Below are positions 36,242-49,645 of a DNA stretch of 64,000 bases, one piece after another. The notes under the pieces are model-generated. The model was not told the DNA's origin and made no database searches. It saw nothing but the letters and a program-made list of their open reading frames with translations. How positions within the stretch are numbered: the first letter of the stretch is position 1; every line of letters starts with the position of its first letter. The position numbers and the translations under genes were made by a program. Source of the DNA: Ancylonema sp. (taxonomy: Eukaryota); NCBI GenBank assembly GCA_050230475.1, contig JBFLGF010000035.1, forward strand, positions 1 through 64,000, read 5' to 3'.

Positions 36242-38307
36242 TTTTAGGCAAGGCAAGCCTGGATAGACAGGTACCTATTTTACATGCCACTGTTTTTACC
36301 GTTGCCTGAAAACTGTCCTCAAGCTCCGTACCAATCTAATTTTGAACCTAAATCGACCGTTGACATGATTCTACAACGAGCACAACGTCAGAGCAGAGAA
36401 AAAGAGGACATGAAAGAGGGTCAGTCTATTCACAAATATTTTGATACTATGTATAGCGTGACATAGGAAACGTGATCTGAATTGTTGATTCTTCCAATGC
36501 GTCATAACCAAGTTGTAATGAGGTAAGTAGATGGGTGGGGCGTGTCCATCGGATGGTGACGAAGTTGAGGTAAGTTTATGTGGGATGAGTGTGGCTCATG
36601 ATCATTTCAAGGCGATAATTTGACCAGTTTCATTCTTGATACGTACAAAATGATTTCAGTTATTTATAGTGTAGTCGAAGTATGACGATACTGAAAATGT
36701 GATCAAATCGATGAATATTCTTCGATTGAAAAAAGAATGGGCCCATACATTGTCTCTACATTATACGGAAGAAGGAATAGAGAGACAATGGCCACTCGGT
36801 TTTTTTTAGTTGGTGTTGAGTCATGATGACTCCAAATCTTAAATGGGCTGGCGATAACTTTCTTTAAATGCAGTTGTGACTATATTTGTCCTTTGTAGTA
36901 TTTGTAGATTTTGTAATTATTATTATCTCTAAGCAATTGTACAATTTGAATAAGAGCCAAAAAAATATTTAGCGCAGAGTGGTACGTGACATAGCATTCA
37001 AATTGTAATCAAAAAATCACACTAAAGATGCACATATATGTAAAACAAGGTGATTTTTTTAATACATGTAACTATACAATCGATTGACTAACATAATTGC
37101 ATCGGCATGCTGCAACTTCATTCCAACAATAAAACATAACCTAGTCCGCAACTACCATATGAATACGATTAGTGTTGTACCATTAGCCATACTGGGCTAT
37201 GGCACTTATTAACTTAATCAAACGATTCAACCCCGAATACATATTTGCTTGCTCATGCTGATTAGATTTCACGGATGGAATTACTCACGAAAATACACAG
37301 GACCGAACTCATGTGCAATGAATGAATTGGTTATTCATGAACAATGCTTGGACGTAACACGTCCATTGTCTAACTCACTAGAAGTTGTAGTGATCGTTTC
37401 ACAAACGTAATGCTACTACTACATTTTGCACAATATGTGCCAAGTGTTGCTCAAATCGTCAACTCTATGCATAAGAAAGTTGTGTAACTTTTTAACTTCT
37501 AAACGTTCTTATGACTTGAACGATGCTAAAAATTCCACTAATCAACCTAGCATGCATACGGTCAAATAAATTGATAGACTTCGACGACAACAATACGACG
37601 ACGACAACGCACGACTTCATGCATTGCGAGTGGTGGCCTCTCCCACCATACTAACACCGAGACCATATAATAGAGCACACAGATCCTTGGACTGTGTAGC
37701 TCGGCGGTCGTCACTACGGGACTATTGGTGTTAAAATAAACATTTCTAAGTCATGAGACTCAACGATGGCTCCAATAGCAGACGTGAGAGTTCCAACAAC
37801 GTCTTGATGCTGCAATCACGAATGAGAGCGAAAATGGGTCGATTTATACAAGCCAACTCCATGAAGATTGAAAATTCCTACGGTGCACAGATGTGATACA
37901 ATCTAGATGACTTGCTTGGAACAGCAGACGCACTGTGCCATGCCTCATGATCGTTTTAGTGCCTTGCGTTTCAAAGCTTTAAAACCCTATATTCCTTATG
38001 AATTAGGAAATGTAATGCATGTCCAAATTCAATTCATCAATTCCCTCCTGACCATGTAGTGTTGCAATCACTTTGTCTACATTCAATTTCAGTGGAGGGG
38101 ATGGGCCCACCTCCCACACATCTCGGGCCGTCATGATGAGGCCCAGCTCTAGCCCCAGCCCAATGACATCCCAAGTGACTGTAATATTCGTGGCTGCTGT
38201 CCCTAGGTTCACCAGAGCCACCACTATGCGTTTGTTGGATAGTGGCCCTGCCCAGACCTGCAGATGGAAGCAAGGATCGTTCCGAGGCACTCACAATCTG
38301 TTAGTGC

Positions 38308-38341
<34 letters not shown>

Positions 38342-38435
38342 CTATAGGAAAGTGTGAGGCACATAAGTTTGTGAACTTAGTGACTCGGTTTCACTCCCAG
38401 AGTTTCAAACCTGCCCTCAAATCCGGCATGCAATC
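36242..38435. repeat. Near-identical 2.2-kb duplicate of 39134-41326, including alpha-galactosidase exons 12-13
   Basis: Offset 2891-2892 bp; ORF translations identical; one 1-bp indel noticed. Confidence 0.95.
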
Positions 38436-40604
38436 ATCGATTGCTTTCCCGCCTTGGGAGTTTTGAAATAAGTTATGGGAGACTTAATGGCGAGGTTTGG
38501 TAGAGGTGGTCCACCCTTGAGACTACGGCCTCTAGTTACTGTTCTAGATTATTATCATTTTGGTGAGGGTTACCGAGTAGTTTCAACGTGGACGTGCTCT
38601 GTGGCTAGGGTGACTTCATCAGCTTGTGAAGTTATGCTCTTGTTCAACCCGTTTGTTTGGTACGTTGAGATGACTCCTATCTATCATCAATGTTCAACCA
38701 TTCTTGCATGCCATCACTTATTTCATGATTTTCAGTCGATGATCTCAAACAACCTAATACTGGTTATTATGAAAAGAACTCCTGATCGAAAGCACAAATA
38801 CAAACCCAATCTGCGATGGTAGGCGCACGAGTATGAACGGATTTAAGTATTATACGAGTATTGAAGTAAACAACACAGCCTTAAAGTCGATAGTCCTACC
38901 TCTGAACATCCCTTCCATCCTGCATGTGCGTGCATATGTTGTTACTTGCTTGAGCTCCACGTGGTCCGATTCATTGGTACAACAATGCTCTTATTGAAAG
39001 AAACGTATGGTACACACGGGACTCTGACTCAAACATGCCGATCCATACTCCCGGATTTTAGGGGTCGGAGGTAATGTCCACGTCATATATGATAGCCTCT
39101 GTACTGTCACAAGAATTTCTTATCCGACTTCTTTTTTAGGCAAGGCAAGCCTGGATAGACAGGTACCTATTTTACATGCCACTGTTTTTACCGTTGCCTG
39201 AAACTGTCCTCAAGCTCCGTACCAATCTAATTTTGAACCTAAATCGACCGTTGACATGATTCTACAACGAGCACAACGTCAGAGCAGAGAAAAAGAGGAC
39301 ATGAAAGAGGGTCAGTCTATTCACAAATATTTTGATACTATGTATAGCGTGACATAGGAAACGTGATCTGAATTGTTGATTCTTCCAATGCGTCATAACC
39401 AAGTTGTAATGAGGTAAGTAGATGGGTGGGGCGTGTCCATCGGATGGTGACGAAGTTGAGGTAAGTTTATGTGGGATGAGTGTGGCTCATGATCATTTCA
39501 AGGCGATAATTTGACCAGTTTCATTCTTGATACGTACAAAATGATTTCAGTTATTTATAGTGTAGTCGAAGTATGACGATACTGAAAATGTGATCAAATC
39601 GATGAATATTCTTCGATTGAAAAAAGAATGGGCCCATACATTGTCTCTACATTATACGGAAGAAGGAATAGAGAGACAATGGCCACTCGGTTTTTTTTAG
39701 TTGGTGTTGAGTCATGATGACTCCAAATCTTAAATGGGCTGGCGATAACTTTCTTTAAATGCAGTTGTGACTATATTTGTCCTTTGTAGTATTTGTAGAT
39801 TTTGTAATTATTATTATCTCTAAGCAATTGTACAATTTGAATAAGAGCCAAAAAAATATTTAGCGCAGAGTGGTACGTGACATAGCATTCAAATTGTAAT
39901 CAAAAAATCACACTAAAGATGCACATATATGTAAAACAAGGTGATTTTTTTAATACATGTAACTATACAATCGATTGACTAACATAATTGCATCGGCATG
40001 CTGCAACTTCATTCCAACAATAAAACATAACCTAGTCCGCAACTACCATATGAATACGATTAGTGTTGTACCATTAGCCATACTGGGCTATGGCACTTAT
40101 TAACTTAATCAAACGATTCAACCCCGAATACATATTTGCTTGCTCATGCTGATTAGATTTCACGGATGGAATTACTCACGAAAATACACAGGACCGAACT
40201 CATGTGCAATGAATGAATTGGTTATTCATGAACAATGCTTGGACGTAACACGTCCATTGTCTAACTCACTAGAAGTTGTAGTGATCGTTTCACAAACGTA
40301 ATGCTACTACTACATTTTGCACAATATGTGCCAAGTGTTGCTCAAATCGTCAACTCTATGCATAAGAAAGTTGTGTAACTTTTTAACTTCTAAACGTTCT
40401 TATGACTTGAACGATGCTAAAAATTCCACTAATCAACCTAGCATGCATACGGTCAAATAAATTGATAGACTTCGACGACAACAATACGACGACGACAACG
40501 CACGACTTCATGCATTGCGAGTGGTGGCCTCTCCCACCATACTAACACCGAGACCATATAATAGAGCACACAGATCCTTGGACTGTGTAGCTCGGCGGTC
40601 GTCA

Positions 40605-41198
40605 CTACGGGACTATTGGTGTTAAAATAAACATTTCTAAGTCATGAGACTCAACGATGGCTCCAATAGCAGACGTGAGAGTTCCAACAACGTCTTGATG
40701 CTGCAATCACGAATGAGAGCGAAAATGGGTCGATTTATACAAGCCAACTCCATGAAGATTGAAAATTCCTACGGTGCACAGATGTGATACAATCTAGATG
40801 ACTTGCTTGGAACAGCAGACGCACTGTGCCATGCCTCATGATCGTTTTAGTGCCTTGCGTTTCAAAGCTTTAAAACCCTATATTCCTTATGAATTAGGAA
40901 ATGTAATGCATGTCCAAATTCAATTCATCAATTCCCTCCTGACCATGTAGTGTTGCAATCACTTTGTCTACATTCAATTTCAGTGGAGGGGATGGGCCCA
41001 CCTCCCACACATCTCGGGCCGTCATGATGAGGCCCAGCTCTAGCCCCAGCCCAATGACATCCCAAGTGACTGTAATATTCGTGGCTGCTGTCCCTAGGTT
41101 CACCAGAGCCACCACTATGCGTTTGTTGGATAGTGGCCCTGCCCAGACCTGCAGATGGAAGCAAGGATCGTTCCGAGGCACTCACAATCTGTTAGTGC

Positions 41199-41232
<34 letters not shown>

Positions 41233-44200
41233 CTATAGGAAAGTGTGAGGCACATAAGTTTGTGAACTTAGTGACTCGGTTTCACTCCCAGAGTTTCAAA
41301 CCTGCCCTCAAATCCGGCATGCAATCTGGTAAGTGCCAGCTTGGTCGTGCAGCAGTCTGTACATGAGAGTGCAAAGGGGTCAGAATGGTAGGCAGTGAGA
41401 ATGTGAGAAAGGTGTGTAATGGCGTAGGCAATGTGGGTATTCGTAATTGGGAGGACATGGCAATACTGTAATACTGCAATACTGCAATACTGCAATACTG
41501 CAATACTGCAGTAGCTGGGATACATGCAATACTGCAATACTGAGGACGGTATGAGGAATAGGGTGTGTGTTTGCGTTGACAGCCCCACCTCAGTGTTCAT
41601 CACCCTCAGCACACGCTGCGCCTGCACGCCTAGGCTGTCTGTTAAATAGGAGGAAGTGGCAAAAAAGGCAAATACATAGATTGAAAAATCCCAAAAGGGT
41701 GGATCGGATCAATTAATCAATAGAGTCATTGATTTTTCGAAAAGATGTATGAATTTTGGATATTTATCCCATGGGTCGGGCTTTAAAAAACCCAAAATGT
41801 GTACATTATACCCTAAATCTTTTCGATAGGATCATAGGCTGGAACACGATTCAATAATTTCATATCCTCTCCTCTCGATCTTTATCTCTGGGCGGTACAG
41901 TATGGGTAGAAGGTGAGTGGGGACTATGTCACTTCTGAGAGCAGACGAACATCTAGCATGCCCACTCCCTACGCACACGCAGTACATGCTCTTTATTCAC
42001 ACATGAATGGAGTTATACAGCGATTTCAGGGACTTAACGAGTCACTTCTTACGTACGTGAGGGCGGCGGTGATGGATAGATTCTTCCATTAGAAGCCATG
42101 AAGATAAAGTAGAAAACAACAAGGGTTTACGCACTACATGTTTGTGACACTGAACTGACGTGAGAGAAAGCGTACGACAGACAGCATGCGAGAGAAGTAC
42201 GTGATGTGGCAGTGAGAAAAAAACAGTCTGTTACGTTCAATACGTACCAGGAGCATGTTTCCGGCCTGCTGCTCCTCTTCCATACCTTGGTTGACTGCGA
42301 TTACTTCCGTGTTGAGGAGGATGCTGGTCGTATCTGCTGCCATATTTCGGACGTCGCACCCGATGAGAAGGGGCGCCTGGAGAAGGAAACGAATCTGTGA
42401 GCTCCATGTGTACAGCTGTGATTTGTGATTTGTGATGTATCCAGACGCGCCCTCTCAACCGTTGCATCGATGATCAAAATGAGACTGCGGAGGAGGAGTG
42501 GTAAGCCTTATTTCAAGTGAGCCTTGCATGGCTAAAACGTGACCCATCCCTTTCACTGCTCTGTCTCATCTTTCTGGTCTTTCATTGAAGAGCCCATGCC
42601 GCAACAACAGCTATACCTTCATGATCGCCCATAGGCTGAAATGGACGCGGTACTCGGATGTGGTCAGCCCCCCATTGCCGACTTCCAGCATGTCTGGATC
42701 TGAACCCCAGCAAAGCAGATGCACAAAAACGGATACAGGAAACGAATGAGAAGAACAGTGCTGTATGACGTCACACACTCCATACAACGTACCCAACCTT
42801 GGCTCACGTTCGATATAACAAGCAGGGGGTAGGTGGGTATGTTTTTGTTTGAGTGGATACCGTTCCAGCCGCCTGGTCCTGCGTAAGCCGCCCATCTGTT
42901 ATTCGTATCCACGATCGAGAGAACGCTGCACCCCAACGCCCCTCCCGCTCAACGCATCACTCCATGCACCCTCGGCAGCTGCTGCTGCTCACCTCTGCCA
43001 CGTGTCTGTGATGTCTCCGGTCGTCCGCCAGCTGTTGGCTACTGCAGGGGCCCACGTGGCAGGGTTGTTGATACCCCTGCATGCGCGAGGTGATACTCAG
43101 GGACTTGTACTCGGGTCTCATTCCGTATAAGCACACTGATCTGTGGGGAACATACTGAGAAGTACAGATCACTCACTAACTACGGATCAGTAAATGACTT
43201 TTTGGAGCGAAGGCAGAGGAGCAATGTGTGTGTCTGCACACAAGGATCTGCCATCTGAACTGAGCCCCATACTGTCAAAACTGATGATCATAACGTGTGA
43301 CCTGCTTCATGAAGGACGTAAAGATGATGTCTTTCTTGGAACAATGTATACAATGTATACAGTATACAATGTATACATCAATGCATGCAATGTATATGTA
43401 TACAATGGCATGACCAGTATACATCATGCGGTGGGGGCAGAGGTGCGCACCATTCACACATGGAAAACAGGATCGGCCTCCCGGTTCGGTTGAGCGCGTC
43501 CCGCATGACTGGATAGCGTACCTCCGGGGGGGTGATGTCATCGTAGCAGTTGTCATACTTGAGGTAATCCACACCCTGGCAACAGCACGGGGGGTTACCA
43601 GAACAGATACGAATCGGACACGTAAACGACGCATCCACTTCTGGGTTCACATCTCCACACTCTTCTCCAGAATGCGCCAGGAAAGCGGGGTTGGAATCAC
43701 CATCCAAATCCACATCCAGATACAGAGACATCACCAACAGGTCTGTGGTACGTCCATCATGATCAACTTCCTGGCCTCCTGACCGCCAGACTACCCCTGC
43801 TCACCCATTCGGCGAATGATTGCGCATCTTGTGTCTCGTAGGTCAGGGATCCGGGCTGCCTGGCGCAGGTGAAGTATCCGGCGTCGGAGTAGATCCCAAA
43901 CTTGAGGTTCTTGCTGTGGATATAGTCGCCCAGGGCTCGAATACCCGACGGAAAGGTTGCCTTACGGGCCTCCAGACCCTCCTGAGCAGCCATAATGCAG
44001 TTGTAAAATGATGGGGCTGCTGTCTTATATCCCCACTCACCTCATAGTTGGAAGGCAGATGTGGATGAAATCATAGACGTCTTTCCGATACTACCCTGAT
44101 GATGTGTGTGGGGGGGGGGTGTGATTTCAAGTGCAGCCTTACTGTTGAGTTGCGCTGCAACTCCGCCCAACAATCATCTGCGACACCACCACCAAAATCA

Positions 44201-45952
44201 GAAGCAGAACCAAATCCAGAAACATAACCTCGTTTGGGTGTACTGTCACGTTGTCCCAGAGCTGCGCCTCGGATGGCAGCGCACGGCAACAAATGAGCAC
44301 ATGTGTCTCCAGAATAACAGACGGAATGGCAACCAATACACCACACGTCCTGTTCGGACACTCCTTCTTATCACAGACCACCTTCATCTTCCGGAGTTTT
44401 GTCTCACACTGTGGCAGAATGCGAACGGGTACGTTCAATAAGTACACCAAGAACTGTGTCAGGCTCGCTTGTGGCTCCAGACCATCCTATGGCAGCATAA
44501 ATATCAGATTCATTGGCATGCTATTGGAAGAATACACAGCCTCAGTGCCATTTGTACTGGCTTGCGTCCAGTTCGTGGTCGCTTCTTTCTATCCTCTAGC
44601 TTACCGTACTCTTTATAGATGGTATCCATTGAGATGTCGCTTTATTTAGCGGAATGCATGTTGAAGATATGATGAGAGACGCACCCAGGTTGAGATACTC
44701 ATATCCGGCAGCAGCCAGGCCAGTCGACACCATGGCATCAGCTGCGAAGACACAGAAGCACTATCAGGAACCCCCAAAATTCACGACGTTCAGGCATAGC
44801 TGCAAGGCAAAACAGAGTAATATCTCCATGGCCAGGTAGCTACACATACCAATCTTTTTGTAGTGCAGCAAATCAGGATGAATATTCGAGATCAAGAATT
44901 TCTGTAACGTGACTAATGTACAGAAGACTTGGCATGGAAGGATGCCAAAAAGAAATAGTTGAAAAGGGGAAGTGAAGCTCACCAATGCTACGAATTACTG
45001 TCTCGTCAATCCCACACCCGAAGAAAGTCCAGCTGTTCCACCTGCATCATCGGAGAGAGTCATGAGTCTTCATGCCCTCGAATTCGCTGCAGTCTTTGCT
45101 GCAGTTTTGCGCTAGTGCGCGCCGATTTAACAGCACACCTTCAAGGTCATGAACAGAGTGATGTAGATTGAAATATTTTAGTTCATGTGATGCTCATCTC
45201 ATAGGGCCGAGCAGGCGCTTAGCAAGATGCCGAGGTAAAGACTTTTGTGTCTGGCGCCATGAACATAGCTGTGGCATATCACCAAAGGAAATCTAAGACG
45301 TCTGATCTGTGCACACAGATCTATGAAGTGATTTGTGATTTGTGATACGTGGTTGAGTTCATCCACTTCTTCGCAACTGTTCCGATTACGTCATTCGGAA
45401 GTAAAATGCTCAGATGACTAAAAGCGAGATCCACCTGAGTGAATCAATGCTGTGCACTTATAATCAGATTTCAGAAAGAAGTGATGGATACCTGGTCTGT
45501 CAGCACATCAACAGATATTCTGGAGAGATGATCTCCGATTGATATCTGAACTTTTCATGGCGGAGCATCATTTCCTCATAGTGGATGAATTCACCTCCAT
45601 TCTTTCATCCTCTCCAATTTTCACTTCAGTCAGGTTACAATGGTGGTGCTAGGTAGAAATTTGTATGAAATTCACACTCCATGGAATTTAAGATGTTCAT
45701 GAGAACAGCGGCCATGTATTCTGTGTGGACCTACCCCATTTGAGGTGTTTGCGCCAAGCCATTGTTGAGGAATCGACTGTTGGACCCTCTTGGCCAGCTC
45801 AGCAGGTGAGAGACACCCCTGGGGACACTGACTTCAGGATTCAGAGATGGATCATAAGTTGGCGGAGATGACCTTGCAGAGACTGTGCTGAAGGTTTGTA
45901 GAAGGAGAAGGAGACCGGAGGTCAGCAGCCGCTTCAAAATTTGGCAAGTCAT
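40605..45952 (-). CDS. AGAL: Alpha-galactosidase (GH27/melibiase), secreted, 13 exons
   Basis: Signal peptide, then [72 protein letters not shown] and [14 protein letters not shown] stop at 40605-40607. Confidence 0.95.
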
Positions 45953-46929
45953 GAGCTGCAGAGGAAGAAAAAGCTCCGAACACGAATGGTCGATAATATA
46001 TCGTACGAGAAGCAAAATGTGTCTGACGATGAATATGAGGTGTGGCAGCTCAATCTGCCGACTGTTATCACAGTCACAGTCGCATTCGACCTTGGATCAG
46101 ACAATGGCCGGACTGAATCACAGCAGGTGCTATCCTACGTTTCGTCTATGAATTAATTCTCAATGGTGCCTTCCAGTAAAGCAGGCTACAGCAGCTGCTG
46201 CCTTAGTCAACGCTTGTCTGGATGGTCAGCAATGCACTCAGTCGTCACCTCCATCGTTGTCAGCTAAGTGTCCCGATATCAGTAGCCGTGAGGATGTCGG
46301 TTGCAGTCGTGAAATGGTGATTATTCTTGGAGATTCCCATCCCACGTGTAACCCGGGTGGAGTTTGACCTGTCATACTGGTTGTCGCCACGCCGACATAT
46401 CGCTGAGATCGATACATCTTTTCGACGGTCTCGATGCAAATTTTACTTCCGCCCAATTGGTTGACCTACGTTTTGTACTTGTCCGACTACACTCATACAA
46501 AGGAAAACCGGCAACAGTACTGTAGTGCATACAGGTGTCTGTATGAAGGGGATGAAGGGACTTCGTGTACGGACGGCGTACTCGACGACTCAAATCTCGT
46601 TTTCATTCATCATTCGTTTGGCATTCCTTGCTCAACATCATGGTTGCCAACATGGGATGCCAACATGGATGCCAATCGCACCAGAGCAATGTGTCAGTGT
46701 AATTTTTGCGATCTGAATCAGGAAGATTTTGGCATGTGGATTTCATAGCTGTGAAGAAGTGAATTATGGTCTTGCTTCGCAGCTATTCCCACTTGACATA
46801 TTCAGGGAAATTTGGTTTGGAAGTTTGAATGCAGTACAATCATTTTCCGTTTCAGAAGGGTTCACATGGTCCCTAATTTTCACGCACCGCTTTTTTATTA
46901 GTATCAAATTTCACGCTTCCTCGGCCACA
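45953..46929. promoter_or_regulatory. Probable divergent promoter region, alpha-galactosidase (-) / SEC22 (+)
   Basis: Head-to-head ATGs ~980 bp apart; inferred from geometry only. Confidence 0.4.
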
Positions 46930-48308
46930 ATGGTGAAACTGACTCTTATAGCTCGAGTTACTGATGGCCTTCCGTTGGCGGAAGGCCTGGTAAGTGGGCA
47001 AGAGCAAAGCGATCTTGATCTCTACAAACAGCAAGCGAAGAGCTTGTTTAAAAAACTTTCCCAGGGTCCGCAGCAGGCATCTATAATGTCTATTGAGACT
47101 GGGCCGTACTACTTTCAGTAAGACTGACACCCTCCCAGTCGTTTGTTGTCCTCGTGAATGGTCTAGAAAGTAGACGTTCTCGGGGCTCACGGTAATGCTT
47201 GCGTGGTCACATCTCTGCAAGCTAAATGATTGGACTAGTTCAGTATTGTGGCGGCAGCCTGCAGCTGCTGCGGGGATAACTAATCCTTGCCCCCTGCTTC
47301 TTTGTCCCTCGTGAACTCTGAACAGCTATATAATAGAAGGCGGTGTATGCTACCTCACTTTGTGCGAGAGAGCATATCCAAAGAAGCTGGCTTACCAGTA
47401 CCTTGAAGACTTGCAACGAGAATTTGATAGAGTAAATCGCGGCTCAATCGAGACTGTGGGCAGGCCATATGCATTCATTAAATTTGGTGAGCTCCAAATG
47501 TCTGCAATGACCCTGTCTCGAATAACGGTACACCCTGTCATCTGTACTAGTGGAGTTGGTGAATGTGTGTATTGGTAGTGACACCAGCATATGGTATACG
47601 CTTCATCTCCCACGCATTGCACCCGGAGTCCGCCGAGGGTAACACCTCAAGAGTCTTTGGCTACGGCTAACAGATCTGCATAAGCTCTGTGGGTGCCAAT
47701 GGCGCCGCGTCTGATGTCATGTTTGATGATTGTCTGCAGATACTTACATACAAAAGACGAGAAAACTATACCTGGACACTCACACGCAGAGGAACATATC
47801 GAAGCTGAATGATGACCTCATCGAGGTTCAGCAAATCATGACACGGAACATTCAAGAAGTGCTGGGCATGGGGGAAAAGCTCGACCGTCAGTCTTTCTGC
47901 CCATCCCTATCGGATTGAAACCGAAACAAATTTCAAATTTCTACCATGCCTGTCATGGCAGAACGTTGTGCATGGAGGTGGGATGCAAGGCTTATGGAAT
48001 TGTGAAGACCACCTTATGGTCTGCATGCTGGAAGCCTCACCATGAACCATTTAGTTTTCTGTGCATTCACACAACATCCTGGCCACATGAAGGCAGAATC
48101 GTTCCAGTCAAGTGCACTTTTCTCTGAGCGGCAAGGCAAGCAGTCTACAACTTGCTCCTGGTGTGGAGGTGGTTGTAATGATCCGGTCGATGCCTCACAT
48201 ACGTTGTTCCCCTTGCTCTCGTTGCCTCCAGAACTGAGTCACGTCTCTAGCAGGCTGTCCTCAGAATCAAGCCTCTACGCAAAGAAGGCAAAGCAGCTGA
48301 GCCAACAG
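46930..48308 (+). CDS. SEC22: SEC22 longin R-SNARE, copy 1 (exons 1-4; transmembrane exon deleted)
   Basis: [51 protein letters not shown] 387-bp deletion relative to copy 2 removes exon 5. Confidence 0.9.
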
Positions 48309-49462
48309 GTCAGCAAATCAATCCATACATGACAATGAAGCAGGTGTGGCACTGCAGGCACATATGTCGAAGTACAGTCAGCACTCTGTGCCGTAGCACT
48401 CTACGAGAGATTTGGTCCTGCCTGAATGAGAATGTGCCACTTGTTCAGTGCTTCTATATTTATATTCACCTCACAACTGGGAAGGGGTTGGATTGTAGGT
48501 GGTTGGAGGAGGAATGTCACATTTACTACCTTGCTCTTATATTATATTGCCTTTGTGTATACATTGGTCCTGGACGTATACAAACAGTGAGGTGTCCATG
48601 TTGTCTGAACTGTAGCCTTGGCCAGAATTTGTATGAGAATTACGCAAACGAGAATGGTATGCCTCATCCCTTACGAATGTCCCCTCAACCTTCACTTTTG
48701 CGCGTACAAGTTTGATACGATTTTTGCATTAAAAAAATCATGTGACCCTCGGCACTGATTGCCTTTAAAACAGTCACACAAATCAGGACATCAATAAAAA
48801 TTAAACGTGAAAGAATACATGCGCTTGAAAGCACTTGATTGAAAAAACCAAAAGTGATGGCTAAAAAGCACATGTAGCCATTAACTCATTTGGGGAAACG
48901 ATTACACACGAACCGAGGCCCTGTCACTGTATAAGTATTTCTAACTCCGTTTTCAAGCGGTAGTTAGCACACTTATGAACTTTGTCACCGGGAACCTTCC
49001 CCCAATACTCCTATTCACTATACCTCGTGAGACTATATGTTGAAGTCAAACACAAGCACACCTGTACAAGCACACCATGAAGGGAAGACTTTATGGTGTT
49101 TCCCATAAGACACCATATGTGTCTTATGGTAACATATAAGACCGTTTGTGTCCTATATGACACATATGGTGTCCTACGTGTCACCATACAGGTGCACATT
49201 TACCACATATTTCACCGAGACGGTTCTGATTGAACTCAAGTACGTGTTACCAGCTCGTGTTTGTGATCAGCCCAGGTACGGCGTTACATTTGGCAAACCC
49301 GCACCAATCGCAACCAATCTTCATAACTTCCACTTAAAGACAGTAAAGCATCTCTTATATGTAAGACGAAACAATTATAATACTTCTCTTCTCCACAACC
49401 GGAATCAAGTCCTCGTTTTAACAGCGAGGCAAGTTTTTTAAAGCGGCATCTATCGAAGTCCT

Positions 49463-49645
49463 CTATTCACACTTTATAGCTCGGTATATATGTCGAACGA
49501 AAAGGAGAGAGGATCGGTACCCAATCGAACCCAACATAAGGAAGAAGCCATAGCAAACGCACGCCATGTATCCGAAAAAGAACGAGGTCTGCATGAAGCC
49601 CTTCATTTCGGAGCGCGCCATGTAGTAGTAGAAGCAATAAGCGTA
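49463..49645 (-). pseudogene. Duplicated 3' fragment of the TM9SF last exon
   Basis: Same sequence as 52494-52676 (YAYCFYYY...RAIKCE*). Confidence 0.9.
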
